Part shown: positions 41,101-52,180 of the stretch, in pieces | How the letters are laid out: every line of letters begins with the position of its first letter | Numbering within the stretch: position 1 is the stretch's first letter | From: Lytechinus pictus | Taxonomy: Eukaryota | Assembly: GCF_037042905.1 (NCBI RefSeq) | Contig: NC_087256.1 | Coordinates: 10,354,001 to 10,418,000 of the forward strand | DNA: 64,000 nt | Direction: 5' to 3' | Notes under the pieces: generated by a model | What the model saw: only the letters and a program-made list of their open reading frames with translations | Database searches by the model: none | Told to the model about the DNA's origin: nothing | Made by a program: the position numbers and the translations under genes

Positions 41101-44100
41101 CACTAAACTACGCAGTATTTTACAAACATAGTGTACTGCTCTTAAACACAATCCATTATTCGTATTTTTATGCCTATATATGATTTTAAAATTGCAATAT
41201 AGAGAAATCAATCCCGGAAACAACATGTCAGTTCTTTTTTATCTAAAACGGAAACATAGCAGAGCTATGCATCTGCTTCTGTGTATGCTCCTTCCTGTCA
41301 TACATCCTATTCGGTTTTATTTTATTGTATTGTGACGTCAGTCACACGTGGTATACAACGACCCGATCACGAAATTGTTTGATCGAGGGTAAATTTTTAT
41401 TTTTGTTTTGTTTTCAGCTCTGTCTATTATGATATATGCATTGCGTGGGACATGTTTTAGATCTTATTTGGAATGGTAGATTGACAGTACGATATAAAAT
41501 ATCGTTAAAATATTTTCATTGTATTTTCAGTATGTTTTGATCATGCGACTAATTGCTTCAAGGAAGTATTTTCTTAATTCATACAAAAAACCCCTCTTGT
41601 ATGTGTATATATGAAGAAATACAGAATCGACTGTCTTGAAAAAAATAACGATCTAAGTTAAAGAACCGTTTTGAGCATTTTCATACTTTGGCAAAGCTCA
41701 ACGCTAGCTGATTAGGAGCAAGAAACTTAAATTTTCTATCATTCTATAACATTCGTAAATGGACATCTTAATTATACACACATGAAATGATACACTTTTG
41801 TTTTTGCAGAGTCAAATTCGACTCGGAATAGTGCCATCTGGGAGTCAACTTTACTCCCAGTTAAAGTGACTCTCAAGTTTCGCCTTGATCTAACACGGAG
41901 TGGCATCGGCTGAAAATCATTTTTAATTTCGAGTCAAGGTAATTCGGAAAACGAGTTACTTTGAAACGGATCAAAGTTGACACGGCTGGCACCTTTCCGA
42001 TTCACATAATTTCACACAGCCGAAACAAGAGTGTAAATCATGTTGGCATGAAGGAAGGAGGAAGGGGGGGGTTACGATACTGTTTTGATGAAAGATACTG
42101 TTAAATTGTCTCGCATATATTGATCCCTCTAAAGATTCAACAAACCATGTCATTTTCAAACAGTCATGACCTTACAGGCGAGGAATTCATGTAAATGATT
42201 AATGTCATATGAGCACAATTGAATTTAAAAATATAGTTAGGCCTAAAAAGGGGATGAAAATGAACATTTTGAATAATAATGGACATTTCAACTTGTTGAT
42301 TTACGTTTTATCTATGAATATACAATATAGCATCCCGTATGTTAATATAATAAAGATAAAATAGTTCACCTGCTTATCCAATCCATCCTTCTCACTTGCC
42401 CCTCCCCCGCCCTAGCCTTCGTGAGTAGTCTTATGTGATGCAACACGACAGCTAGTTCAAAATGAATAAACTTTTCGGTCCAGTAATTAATTAAGCATTT
42501 CAAAAGGAAGTACATTTTGGTTTTATTGGCTTCCAAGCCACGTTTAACCATTTTTACAAATGCGAAGATCAATTACAATGCCATCACTGATTTAGTCTAA
42601 CATTCATACACCTATAAGCATTCCGTCATCTATCACATGATCTCTAAATATATTCTCGACTTACCCTCCGCCTGATTGGTCCATACGTCATCGAAAAACA
42701 ATATCTTGCACACGATTGGTCCCTGACAGTCATTGGACTTATTTTGAAAAGTGGTATATTCACATCAGCTTAAGATAACAGATTACGGTATCTTTGAAAT
42801 AATAAAAAAAACAGGATCCTGGTACTCGACCGTTGTACTCGGACTGCAATTGAGAGAAGGATACTCGATTGTTGCGCTGTTCAATCAAATGCCATCTTCA
42901 GCACAGATAACTATTCCAGGGCTCAGTACGTACGTGGTTGCATTATTGATATCAACCCCCAAAAAAATCAGTCTAGAAACTGCCACGGTGAACTGCCATG
43001 CTTCATTTATGTTGACTCGAGTCCGCTCTCTCTCAGAATAACCACGTGTTTCAATCTTGTCTTCGTTATTCCACCGTCACTCCAACGAAGCCGATCTCAA
43101 TTCCGACCGATGATGCTATTTAAAATAACGTAATATCCTCGATCGGTCTTGAGCCGGGTTCTTTGCTGTGACTGTAGCATTTAGGGGGGCTACGGCAGCA
43201 GTGACACATCATATCTCCATCAGCCAGTGATGGAGGGAGGGGCAGGAAGGTTCGGAGGGGGGGGGCACTTGAGGAAGACAACGAATAGATTCGTTTCTTT
43301 TTAATGTTTTTGTTCCAGGAAATGTTGAGAATTCCTTGTGAATATAAACTACACCCCCAGAACTGTTAACAACTGAACCAGATCCCTCTGTGATATCGCC
43401 TCCAACTTATTCCTAAAATAATTTTAAACCACCCGCCCCACACCCTTTATTTTCTTTATATTTACTTTCCCAATTGCGGCAACACGATTTTGCACCCACC
43501 TCTCAACCAACTCGCCGCTGTTACAAAATCTTTGATGAAACTAAAGATTTTGAATATCTTACTCTATTCTCTGTCGGACTTGGCCCACTTTAATATAATT
43601 ATCTAAATCTGAAGCTATCATTCCATTTCGTTTTAAATTCATGTAAGATGGTTTTATCTTTATATGTCTTCATTAGGCTGAAATTTCCTTGTACATCTTC
43701 AGATACCTGAAGTAGGCCCAATGGCCGGAAGCTCGTAATTAAATTTGATGAAGCCCAGACCAGGCTTCGTCTCCATGCTTTCTAGCTGTATTTATAGCAT
43801 CCTTTCAAATATATATAGGTATATATATATATATATATATATATATTTACAAATTCCTGTCTTCATTAAATTCTCTGAAAACAATAATTTATAAGGAAGT
43901 GTCTAATTTTTATCATTAAAGTGCAATCAGTATTGATCTACCTTACAAAGTTTGAAACTATTGACTGGCAGTGTTAACAATGATTCTTCCTGTCTATAAA
44001 GCTTTATGTTGCTCAATCAAAAATACTTCCCGGTCATTGAGTGGAAATGTTATTCTTTTGGTCCATGTTGTATAGCACTTTGGACAATATATATATGATT

Positions 44101-47100
44101 CCTGGTTGATGTCACTTGAAAACATACTTGCATCATTAACATTTTTATGTCCCATTAATAAAATCATCCACCACTTAATAGATTGAGTCATTATAAAGAA
44201 TATATATTACGACATGGGGGGTTGGGGTGAGGCAAAAGTGCACTGACCTAATAGAGCGCTTTTCTGATTGGTTGAAAGTTAACGTTTTGTTTCATGTTAC
44301 CATGGTTACAACTTTTTATTATCAATTGACGGATGCAAGAATCCCTTTATATATTTTTCGTGCCATATTGGAAATACCCCTCAGAAATGTTTCTTTAGTG
44401 CCCCTTTCCAGATACCCTGGAGATAAATATTCCTTCTGCCGTCGCAGTTTTTACTGTCTATCAACTAAGAGTACGTCAGCAAAAGACTTAAAGGTCACGA
44501 TATTTGGGCGGCTGTGATAAGAAGATATCCTTACATTTGAGTATTGTATCGTTCTCACTGACCCATCCTTATCGGTTGATCTACGCCAGTAATTCTCAAC
44601 CATTCCCAAATGCGTGTGTGTTTGTGAGTATTTGTAGTAGACTATACATGCATGGAAGCCAAACGCACCCAGGTAACAGAACAGTGTGAACTCCTCTTAC
44701 GTCTGGTGAACGTCATTTATTATTAAGACGACACGCGACAAATGCAAGTCGAACGGTGAACCAGAAATTTGATATTTTACCAGTAACGCGTGCTATATGA
44801 ACTTATAATTCTTGCTTCTTTTTATTCATTCATTTCCCTCGTGTGAGTGTTCTCATCGGAGAAAAGTTTATGGGATGGAACATATGATCAGATATATATA
44901 CAACACCGAAATTAATAGGGAATTCAAAGAAATGATAGAATGATTTTAATCAATCGTTGATGTATTCGTTTAAAGGATATACAAAGGGATTATTTATGAT
45001 TTAATTTCTTTTTTTCGGTAGCCCTACCGACCAAAAAAAAAATTAAATCATAAATGATCCCTTTGTATATTATGAATTACATTGAATGTATTCCAAATTG
45101 TGGAACACAGACCAAACACACAACCGCCCCCCCCCCCCCGGATAGCCACACTTGCATAAGGCGTGCAGTTCTTGCTATCACTCCGACAGTGCAGCCTCTC
45201 CCCCTTGTCACGTTATCATACCCATCCCCCATGGAAATACCTCTCGCATGATATACCCTCTCCTTCATCCATCCACCCCCTCCCAACCTCATCATCATTT
45301 CAATCGCCAACATAGCCCTGGCTCAATTTAGTATGGCTAATGAAAGACAGGGAGTTTATGAATTGGATTCATTTGTGATTTGACAATTACCACGGAAGAC
45401 TCGGCATACGTCACTAGGCTATGCTGGGAGTAACATGATATACCAGGAAGACATAGGTTAAAGGCTCCAGGGGATAAAGATGTTAAAGATTCAATAACAA
45501 TGAATGAGATCTGTTTCTCTCTCCCTTTTCTATGTCTTCATCATGTTCATTCCTTAGAGTGAATTTTGTGAAAATCATTCGTATTATTGTACCCGATCAG
45601 GAAGGAAAAAATACCTGCCATGAATGATTCAATAATGTTCCTATGAAAGAAAAGAGGAAAGTAAACATTGAAATGAAATTTTTTAAATGTAGGCCTATAC
45701 CACTTAGTCTTTAAACAAAATTAATGAACTTGTTTGTATATTTCTGGTTATTGTGTAAATAATGATGTGAATAATGGTGTTATGGTTAAGTTAAAAAGAT
45801 AACTACAAGTAGGTTTCAATCGTTTTACTTTCTTTTTAACTTAAAAAGTAATATGACGATAATGTGAATAAAAGTAAATCTAAACTTACCAATGTTTGCT
45901 GACACGAGCATCGTTTTTCCTGTTCTCCTTGTCGGGTTCTTAGTTGGTGTTTCAGCTTCTGTAGTGATCTGTACATGTTCTTTCATCGAGCCACCTGGTG
46001 TCCCAGAAACACTGACAGCAACTCCACAAGGGGCTGGTTGTTCACCCGGATCACAATCACTGTCCTTCGAATCCTCACGGGACTTACGTCGTCTCTTCGG
46101 CCAGCCCCAGAAGCTCATCTTCCTCCCCGCCCGTGATCTTGCCTTCTCTTCCTCGACCTCGTTATCGTTTGATACACACACCGTCGCTCGTCGATCCTTT
46201 TCGTTGGTGTTCGGTGACCGTGATCGTGCCACACGAGCGACAAACCTTGGTAATGCCATCAGACCGGATGAATGCTTCCTGCTATCACGGAGAGGTCTAA
46301 TCCGTACTCTTGGACCATCTTCACAATGCAGGTGAAGATTGTCCGGAGACAGAACATCAAGGTGATCTAGGAGAATCCTTCTTTGGAGCTTCCGCAGACG
46401 AGGAGCTAGATCTACTGGTCGAATACCATCCTTATCAGGGCTCAATATACTGGCTCCATGGACAAGCAGTACTTGAGCGCATTCCCATCGTTGATGAAAC
46501 CCCCTTGCAGCCACATGTAGAGGTGTACAACGATCACAGTCCGTTTGGTCTGGTACAGCACCATACCGAAGTAACATGCGAACAATGACGGCACTTGCGT
46601 TATGCACAGCGAAAAATAAACTAGGTCTATCCAGATAAGCATCGTCAATGTCCACATAGCTGTACCGAACATTGGTAGGCGAACCTGTCTCATCTGATTG
46701 TCCGGTAGGCTGCCGACTGTATCTGCATCTACCAGACAAACAAGGATCAATACCACGCTTCAAAAGCAGTTGAACCACGTCCAGAGAGCCGTGAGCAATG
46801 GCCAGATGAAGTGCATTCTTGAATACCAAAGGAACGGTGTCTTTCAGTTCCGCAGGTTCTTCTTCTTCTGGTTCAGGAGTGACCCTTCCATCTTGGAACT
46901 TGTTGATGAGTGCAGTGCTCTGCTGTAAAAGGACCTCCACCTGCAAACTATCGCTTCGACTTCGCCTGTGTGGCTGAGGTGTTGATGGTGCAGTCGCTGC
47001 TTCGGGTCCGACATTGAACAACTCATAATGCCGATCAAGAACCTCTGTCACACTCTCCACATTATTCCTTTGAATGGCGAGCCGAAGGAGTTGGGCGTCT

Positions 47101-47507
47101 GCAAGCACGGTACCTGGTGGACTCTCGACTTCACCAACCAACAATGACATATTGATCGTCAATGCTGCTATGCAAGGGATGCTCTTCAACTTTGGGAGGG
47201 AGAACTTGCGGAACTTACTTGGAAGCTTGTTGTTTGGTATACCAAACCTTCCTGCTGGTTTAGGGTGAGCCAATCCTAGCGGTGATCCAAAACTCGGTGA
47301 ACCCAGGGGATAGTGATCAGGACCGTGGGGCGGACCTTCTTTAGTCAACGAACTGAGACGTCGACCAATGGATGTTAATCTAGGGGCTTCTTCACTTGGT
47401 TGTAAGCTTGCTCGTCGTCCCCTGGACGATTTGAGAACAGCTCCTAGACCAGTTCGTGATCTTTGTTTCTCCATTCGACGACAGACCGCCTCCACCAGAC
47501 GCCGGGC
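4451..47507 (-). CDS. Multi-exon gene: ankyrin-repeat / ARM-like / RasGEF-N (REM) / FERM-central protein; at least 9 coding exons, about 1615 aa, 3' end incomplete
   Basis: Hand-spliced exons 45890-47507, 26811-27001, 20829-21896, 15314-15599, 12260-12501, 11511-11626, 9086-9200, 7192-7731, 4451-5152. All introns are GT-AG with compatible phases (1,0,0,1,0,2,0,0). ATG 47474 to 4451 totals 4845 nt with no stop. Domain motifs continue across junctions (LQEK|VLQMIRRWVE; LYQR|LQKSVLDG). Confidence 0.85.
5700..5915. repeat. CT-rich microsatellite / low complexity
   Basis: Degenerate (CT)n tract. Confidence 0.85.
7192..7731 (-). CDS. Exon H: REM core (VLQMIRRWVENIPEDF), His run, Ser-rich linker, start of FERM central lobe
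   Basis: Acceptor ggacAG|GTT; donor AGG|GTAAGA; 540 nt. Resembles the RasGEF_N consensus 'RVlnvlrhWve...DF'. Confidence 0.88.
7840..7950 (+). mobile_element. L2-type LINE/SINE 3' tail remnant
   Basis: GCGCCTTGAG...GATATGTGCGCTATAC followed by (ATT)n. Confidence 0.5.
9086..9200 (-). CDS. Exon G (VLQHILLATSGG...KRILQEK), not in the ORF track
   Basis: Acceptor aattgtAG|A (phase 2, matches exon F); donor AAG|GTAAAA (phase 0); 115 nt open; joins into the REM signature. Confidence 0.8.
10990..11410 (-). mobile_element. CR1/L2-group LINE ORF2 C-terminal fragment, frameshifted
   Basis: IQKRVLRVI...YSHTNPLF...ILKISDLY and HTYPTRQ...FWNGLP are typical post-RT motifs. Confidence 0.85.
11511..11626 (-). 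CDS. Exon F (TSSIGHAIPQREIEIERPDGGCPLLESLPVCVPPPIAF), not in the ORF track
   Basis: Acceptor tttaccacAG|ACT; donor AG|GTCAGT (phase 2); 116 nt open. Confidence 0.8.
12260..12501 (-). CDS. Exon E: start of REM-like region (PATSLERLVLLSL)
   Basis: Acceptor acttcAG|CT (phase 1); donor GAG|GTACGT (phase 0); 242 nt. Confidence 0.85.
12520..12725. mobile_element. Penelope-like terminal fragment: perfect 58-bp inverted repeat, 11-bp TSD, hammerhead-like motif
   Basis: 12520-12577 is the exact reverse complement of 12604-12661. AATATTAAATA is duplicated at 12509-12519 and 12726-12736. The Penelope assignment is inferred from the structure. Confidence 0.7.
13172..13603. mobile_element. Foldback MITE (Harbinger-like), 3-bp TSD AAT, nested in an older Kolobok-like element ending near 13808
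   Basis: Ends GGCCCGAATTCACAAAGGTGGTTTTGAAAACCCAC / GTGGGTTTTCAAAACCACCTATGTGAATTCGGGCC; near-palindromic along its length; AAT on both flanks. Confidence 0.88.
15314..15599 (-). CDS. Exon D (QFLCLILQVLESLSLDPHNH...ILELE)
   Basis: Long pyrimidine tract then gatgtAG|CAA; donor GAAG|GTAGAA (phase 1); 286 nt open. Confidence 0.82.
15665..15842. promoter_or_regulatory. CpG-rich island with two NF-kB-like sites and an NRF1-like site; candidate internal promoter (or TE remnant)
   Basis: GGGATTTTCCC 15740-15750, GGGATTTCCC 15763-15772, CGCATGCGC 15719-15727; about 65 bp upstream of the exon D acceptor; coincides with a CpG-density step. Confidence 0.4.
18655..18962. mobile_element. hAT-type MITE with 8-bp TSD
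   Basis: TIR CAGGGTCCTTGGA / TCCAAGGGCCATG; TSD ATAAGTTG at 18647-18654 and 18963-18970. Confidence 0.88.
19028..19131. mobile_element. Short palindromic hAT-like MITE, cut by a gap, within a (TAG)n microsatellite (about 19005-19430)
   Basis: CAGTGGCGGACCGTG start; internal inverted repeat ACCCGGAGGAGACAAAGCATTGGGGGGG / CCCCCCCAATGCTTTGTCTCCTCCGGGT. Confidence 0.7.
20829..21896 (-). CDS. Exon C: ARM-like helices with Ser/Pro-rich linkers
   Basis: Acceptor tatacAG|TTG; donor AAG|GTAAGA; 1068 nt, phase 0/0, inside the 383-aa ORF. Confidence 0.9.
22462..22606. mobile_element. Short MITE (about 145 bp); degenerate relatives near 9710-9845 and 20680-20790
   Basis: Imperfect ends CCTGGAGAGCATTTCAT / ATGAAACACCCACAGG; TCCGACAAGT subrepeats. 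Confidence 0.6.
25761..26732. mobile_element. Head-to-tail dimer of Harbinger-like MITEs (25795-26209, 26213-26627) inside an older short MITE
   Basis: Each unit has AGG..CGCACACCTTACGA / TCGTAAGGTGTGCG..CCT ends, joined by TAA. Outer ends CCCGTCTTACAAA / TTTGTAAGACGGG. Confidence 0.85.
26811..27001 (-). CDS. Exon B: helical ARM-like segment (DECYEALLAEQSVETLKRLS...IVLNLTQ)
   Basis: Acceptor ccttgttcacAG|AT (phase 1, matches exon A); donor CAG|GTATGT (phase 0); 191 nt. Confidence 0.88.
29970..31460. repeat. CA-rich minisatellite, unit about 40 bp
   Basis: Repeated ACCCTCTCACGCACACACATACCCCACAACCCAAACCACCATATACC variants; produces spurious His/Thr/Pro ORFs. Confidence 0.92.
33860..33960. repeat. 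Short AT-rich tandem repeat (CATTATTATA-based)
   Basis: Repeated acattattatac/tgttattata units. Confidence 0.7.
34297..39157 (-). mobile_element. Degenerate CR1/L2-group (Crack-like) LINE: Cys-rich N-terminus, APE endonuclease, RT, (TTGAA)n tail
   Basis: GDFNIDLL, SLIDNIF, SDHFPV (APE); ISLLPFFSKI, GVPQGSNLGP, LFADDT (RT); tail at 34297-34318; candidate TSD AAAGTTT at 34290-34296 and 39158-39164; multiple frameshifts. Confidence 0.92.
35007..36469 (-). mobile_element. hAT-like non-autonomous element with ~335-bp internal tandem units, inserted in the LINE RT
   Basis: Terminus CAGTGGCGTACCGTGGGTCACGG at 36469 (minus strand); repeated GCTCGCGCTTCGCGCTCGC motifs; the other TIR is absent. Confidence 0.8.
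45890..47507 (-). CDS. Exon A: ankyrin repeats; probable start MEKQR at 47474
   Basis: Acceptor ttctttgtccAG|GCC; donor ATTG|GTAAGT (phase 1). Ankyrin motifs NALHLAIAHGSLDVVQLLLKRG, SLFFAVHNASAVIVRMLLRYGA, TPLHVAARG...CAQVLLVHGA, DKDGIRPVDLA. Confidence 0.92.
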
Positions 47508-47621
47508 CTGGACAAAGAACAAACCAAGAATAAATAGGTTGTTACCCTCTAGAATACATTGATCAAGTCTCAAAATCACAAGATGATCTTAGTATTCTAA
47601 GTTTCATTAGACGTTCCTCTA

Positions 47622-47624
47622 TAA

Positions 47625-47655
<31 letters not shown>

Positions 47656-47832
47656 AACAATTGGTGCATTTAAGGGATTTATCCTGCCGGGTAACCATTC
47701 ACCTCACCTGGGTCGAGAGCAGCACAGTGTGGATAAATTTCTTGCTGAAGGAAAACACGCCATGGGTAGGTTCGAACCCACGACCCTCTGCTTGAAAGGC
47801 GAGAGACAGAACCACTAGATCACGACGCGCCC
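47622..47832 (-). mobile_element. tRNA-derived SINE
   Basis: A box TGATCTAGTGG, B box GGTTCGAACC, core GGTGAGGTGAATGG, (TTA)n tail; homologous to 63509-63800. Confidence 0.88.
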
Positions 47833-50800
47833 ACATAAATCTCTCTTAAATCACTGACATGATATGTTTGAAAATTCAATTTCCTTTATTTTTATATCAG
47901 TCTTTTATCAAAGTGGACATGAAATCCTTCTAAACTTTGTTTGTTCTAGACATATAAGATCTGCATAATCTTGATAATAACAACATATAACTCACATCAA
48001 ACGGTACCAAGCTCATTTTCAACCATAAACATATTATTTTTTTATAAAACAAAGTTGGAAAGCTTTCATGTGACTTTTCCATGTTTAAAAAAAAATGAGC
48101 TCGGAAAGACTCAATCATTAAAGGGGAATAGAAAACCAGAAATAATGACAAGGACGAATACAAAATTATGAAGAGTAGTTCTGACAAGAAGTAACTTCAA
48201 GTCTCAATATCACAAGATGATTTTATTGTTCTTTTCATTCGACACAGACGTTACTCTATAAATCTCTCTGACAAGCACTGACATGATAAATTATATTTCA
48301 AAATTCAATTTCCTTTATTTTTTACATCAAACGGTACCAACGTCATTATGAACCATGAACATATCATTCTTTGTTAAACAAAGTTGGAAAGCTTTAATAT
48401 TGACTCGCATCTACGTCCTTTCGTAGATAAAGATACACCCCGTATCTTCGAATAACATTTTAATTACCCCTCCCGATATTGCGAAAGAGTCCAATTCTGT
48501 GTGATCTTAATATTATGAAGAACATTGTGTACATTAATGTGAACGAACATTGATTGCGAATTGCGATTAGAGCTAACCAAATATCTGTGTACTGGTCCTC
48601 ATTTTGTCCGCATGGGTTTGAAATGCAAATGGATGTTTCGTCTCTTTGATAATTACGTTATCTTGTTTACGATACTGAAAACAGTTGCCATACGTTTCTT
48701 GCTATCACTCTTTTGTGGTTATTTAATTTTTGCTAAAATTCATGAAGTTACTTCTTGTCAGAACAATTCTTCCTAATTCTGTATTCGTCCTTGCCATTAT
48801 TTCAGGTTTTCTATCCCCCTTAATAATTGAGCATCGCCGAGCTTCTTTATTTAGTAACATGGAAAAGACACATTAAGGAAAGGTGGGACGTACGATGCTA
48901 TGATAGATTATACTAAGGGAGGGAAGGAGACATGGAGAGCGAGAGACAAGAAAGAAGGAAAGAAAGAGGGATAAGGGAAAGAAAGAGAAATAGGTGGATA
49001 CATCGAACTGATGGAGAGGACTGTCTATATTGGATGTGGGATCGAATGCAGCATAATTAATGATTATTGATTTGGCGTGACATTCAAAAAACGTCAATGC
49101 CGTTTCGATTAGGCCACGCTCAACTAAGAATCGGATTTACAGTATTTTTTTTTACTGCTTTTGGATGAATTAATGGCGAGACTTACCCGATACAGATTGT
49201 GTTTGCGTGAAAACACTTTCTTCGAAAGCAAATACATCTTGTTAATCAGATAAAGGCGATATTGAAATAAAAGTTACAAAAAACCTCGTGATTCTTTCAA
49301 AAGACCTTTCGAGGGGGCTATAATTATTTTACTTATTTTATATTAAGTGGTTTCAGAACAATCAATGAAAAGCATCAAATATATTGGATAGTTATCTAAT
49401 TTTCAACTTTCATATTTCTGAGAAACTTGGTTAGTTTGGATTTATCTTTTCAAATATTTTATTCATACTTCTATTGTTCACGTTTTAATGATATTTTGTA
49501 TCTTTTAATTTTGTCTTTATCTGCATATTTTGCTCTAATTGTGTTCTTTTTGTTGAATTGGAAATACTCAATTGAATTGAGCTGAATTTCAGCAAATACA
49601 TGCATAACCATGATAATATAAGGAGATTACACATATAATAGTAATGATATTAATAATGATGAGGGTAATAACAGTAATAAAAACAATAATATCATTATCA
49701 ATAATAGTAAAATCCGCTACATAAGATTATTTAGACGGTCCCGGTAGGGTTGCCAAATTTGATGGTCGCAGCGTACGGAGGATTGGGGAGTTTTCACAAG
49801 CGCGACGCAGAAAAACACAGATGATGCATTGAAACTGCTAGTCAATTGACAATGAACAGCTGATAATTCTTTGTCGAAAATAAGTGACCCGGAACTGCAG
49901 TTTCGTGCTAAGTTTCGGAGCTGCCAAAAAATTGCAAGTATTGCGTTTGTCCAGAGTCCAGGACGAAACAAATTTTCGACAAAGACTCCTTGTTTGCCTT
50001 TGTCAAAGGACAATATATATTCTACGCTCTTGAAAGTGTTCTACGTCGCGGTGCTAAAAAAACCCAGTGAACTCCCGTTTTTCTCTCAAATGCGACAGTC
50101 ACACCGTCGAAACCGACATACCTAAGCTTTTACATTGTTACCAATGACATACCATCCGTCGGCTTGGAGTCAGCCGGACTTTTCGAATTTACTACGAAAA
50201 ACTAAAATGCACGTCAAATCACAATGGAGAGATGAGAGGCTTTTGTCAAAAATTGGTGGACTGGAACAGCATGGGAATATCTTGACTTGTTCGTCCAGTG
50301 CAAATCTTTGGATGATCTGCTATCGCGGGACAGCCAGTCCATCAACTTCCGACAAAAGCCTCTCAGTTCCCCCATTGTGATTTTAATTGCAATCGATGCG
50401 TTGTAGAGAGTTCCCCCATAATAAATGCGAAAACTACCTATAATCCATGGTGTGAATGTAGGATGAATTAATCATGAAACTGGGTGTGGATAATCAAGAC
50501 ATTGTTCAAGGTATCACTATTGTTTCCAGTCTGATATAATGATATTGACTGTAAGACTGCCGTGAAAGTTTCAACCCATTTATTATATCTTTGTCATGGA
50601 GGCGCATCCAAGTCTTTTGTTGATCTCAGATACCTTACCGGGTCGCGCGCTTCACCTTTTCTCTTCGCATGCCTGGATTACCGATTCTTCTTATACCTTG
50701 CACACCATTACCACTCTAACTTAGTAACTAGGTCAATTGCTTGTCCCTCATGCTCCCAAACAACGACTTAATATCAGTCAGGTATGACGCTCACAGAAAT

Positions 50801-51585
50801 GGTAGACTTTTCTAACCCAAGGGTGTGGGGAAAATCGATATGAGACATGGTTTGAGTTTGTCTTCCAGTCACATTTCTTCTTGCATTTCTTGGCGAGGGT
50901 GGCGGGACCTTGGAGTGGACATGGGATATTGGATTTGATTAGCGCTTTGGATCATTGTTTGAAGAAAATGGAGAGGAAGACTGGAAGAGGAAGATAATTA
51001 ATAAGGAGTAGGTGCAGGAGGAGGAGGCGGATGAGATGGAGAAGAAGAAGAAGACGAAGACGGAAAAAAGAGGGGGGTGGGAAGGTGAAGGGGAAAGACG
51101 AGGAGGTAGAGGANNNNNNNNNNNNNNNNNNNNNNNNNNNNNNNNNNNNNNNNNNNNNNNNNNNNNNNNNNNNNNNNNNNNNNNNNNNNNNNNNNNNNNN
51201 NNNNNNNNNNNNNNNNNNNNNNNNNNNNNNNNNNNNNNNNNNNNNNNNNNNNNCGAAAAAATGACCACTGAAAGATCAATTAAATGATATTACTGTCATT
51301 GTGGCTCTTGCGATAAACATTTTTGCAACATTGCTGTTATTCCAAGTTTTCAAAGAGTCGGCGTGGGACACTGAATAAATATAGGAGTGCCCCGACAGCC
51401 TAATCGACATGACGTCATCAAGAGTTCGACGGCATATTCAGAAAAGTGATCGAGACAGAATGAAGGATAAGTTACAGACTGAGTATAAATTGATGCTGCA
51501 GCCTCACTTAAGAAGCGGATTTCAAACCGACGGATGATATGCCATTCGAAATAACGTATATCAGCTTTGATCGGTCGATGCTTAA

Positions 51586-52180
51586 AGGTCAAGTCCACCC
51601 CAGGAAAAGGTTGATTTGAATAAATAGAGAAAAATCAAACATGAATAACGCTGAAAACTTCATCAAAATCGGATGTAAAAAAAGAAAATTATGACATTTT
51701 AAAGTTTCGCTTATTTTTCACAAAACAGTTCTATGCTCAACTCAGTGATATGCAAATGAGAGAGTCGATGGTGTCACTCACTCACTATTTCTTTTGTTTT
51801 TTTATTGTTTGAATAATACAATATTTCAATTTTTATGAATTCGACAATTAGGACCCCCTTGCTTGAACCACCAAATGTTAAAATAATTGAATTACATGTG
51901 TTCAGGGAGGATTTGTTTCACATGACAATGACGAGAAAATCAAAATATTTATTTTATTTACAGAAGATACGAAAGAAATAGTGAGTGTAGGATGTCATCG
52001 GTCCCCTCATTTGCATGCCGACCAGGATGTGCATATAAATGTTTTGAAAAATTAAGCAAAACTTTAAAATGTTATAACTTTCCTATTTTACATCCGATTT
52101 TGATGAAATTTTCAGTGTTATGTTTGTTTGATTTTTCTCTTTCTATTCAAAGCAGCTTTTTGTTGGGGTGGACTTGTCGT
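51586..52180. mobile_element. Kolobok-like MITE, complete, TTAA TSD
   Basis: TTAA|AGGTCAAGTCCACCCC ... GGGGTGGACTTGTCGT|TTAA. Confidence 0.88.

Noticed and set aside
4451-47507. Naming the gene KRIT1, FRMD8 or a RasGEF
   Set aside because: KRIT1's Nudix/NPxY N-terminus and F1 lobe are not evident, ARM/REM regions are extra, and no CDC25 domain is seen; symbol left blank.
47760-47832. tRNA gene (also 63728-63800)
   Set aside because: A/B boxes are followed by a shared SINE body and simple-repeat tail, so these are SINE heads.
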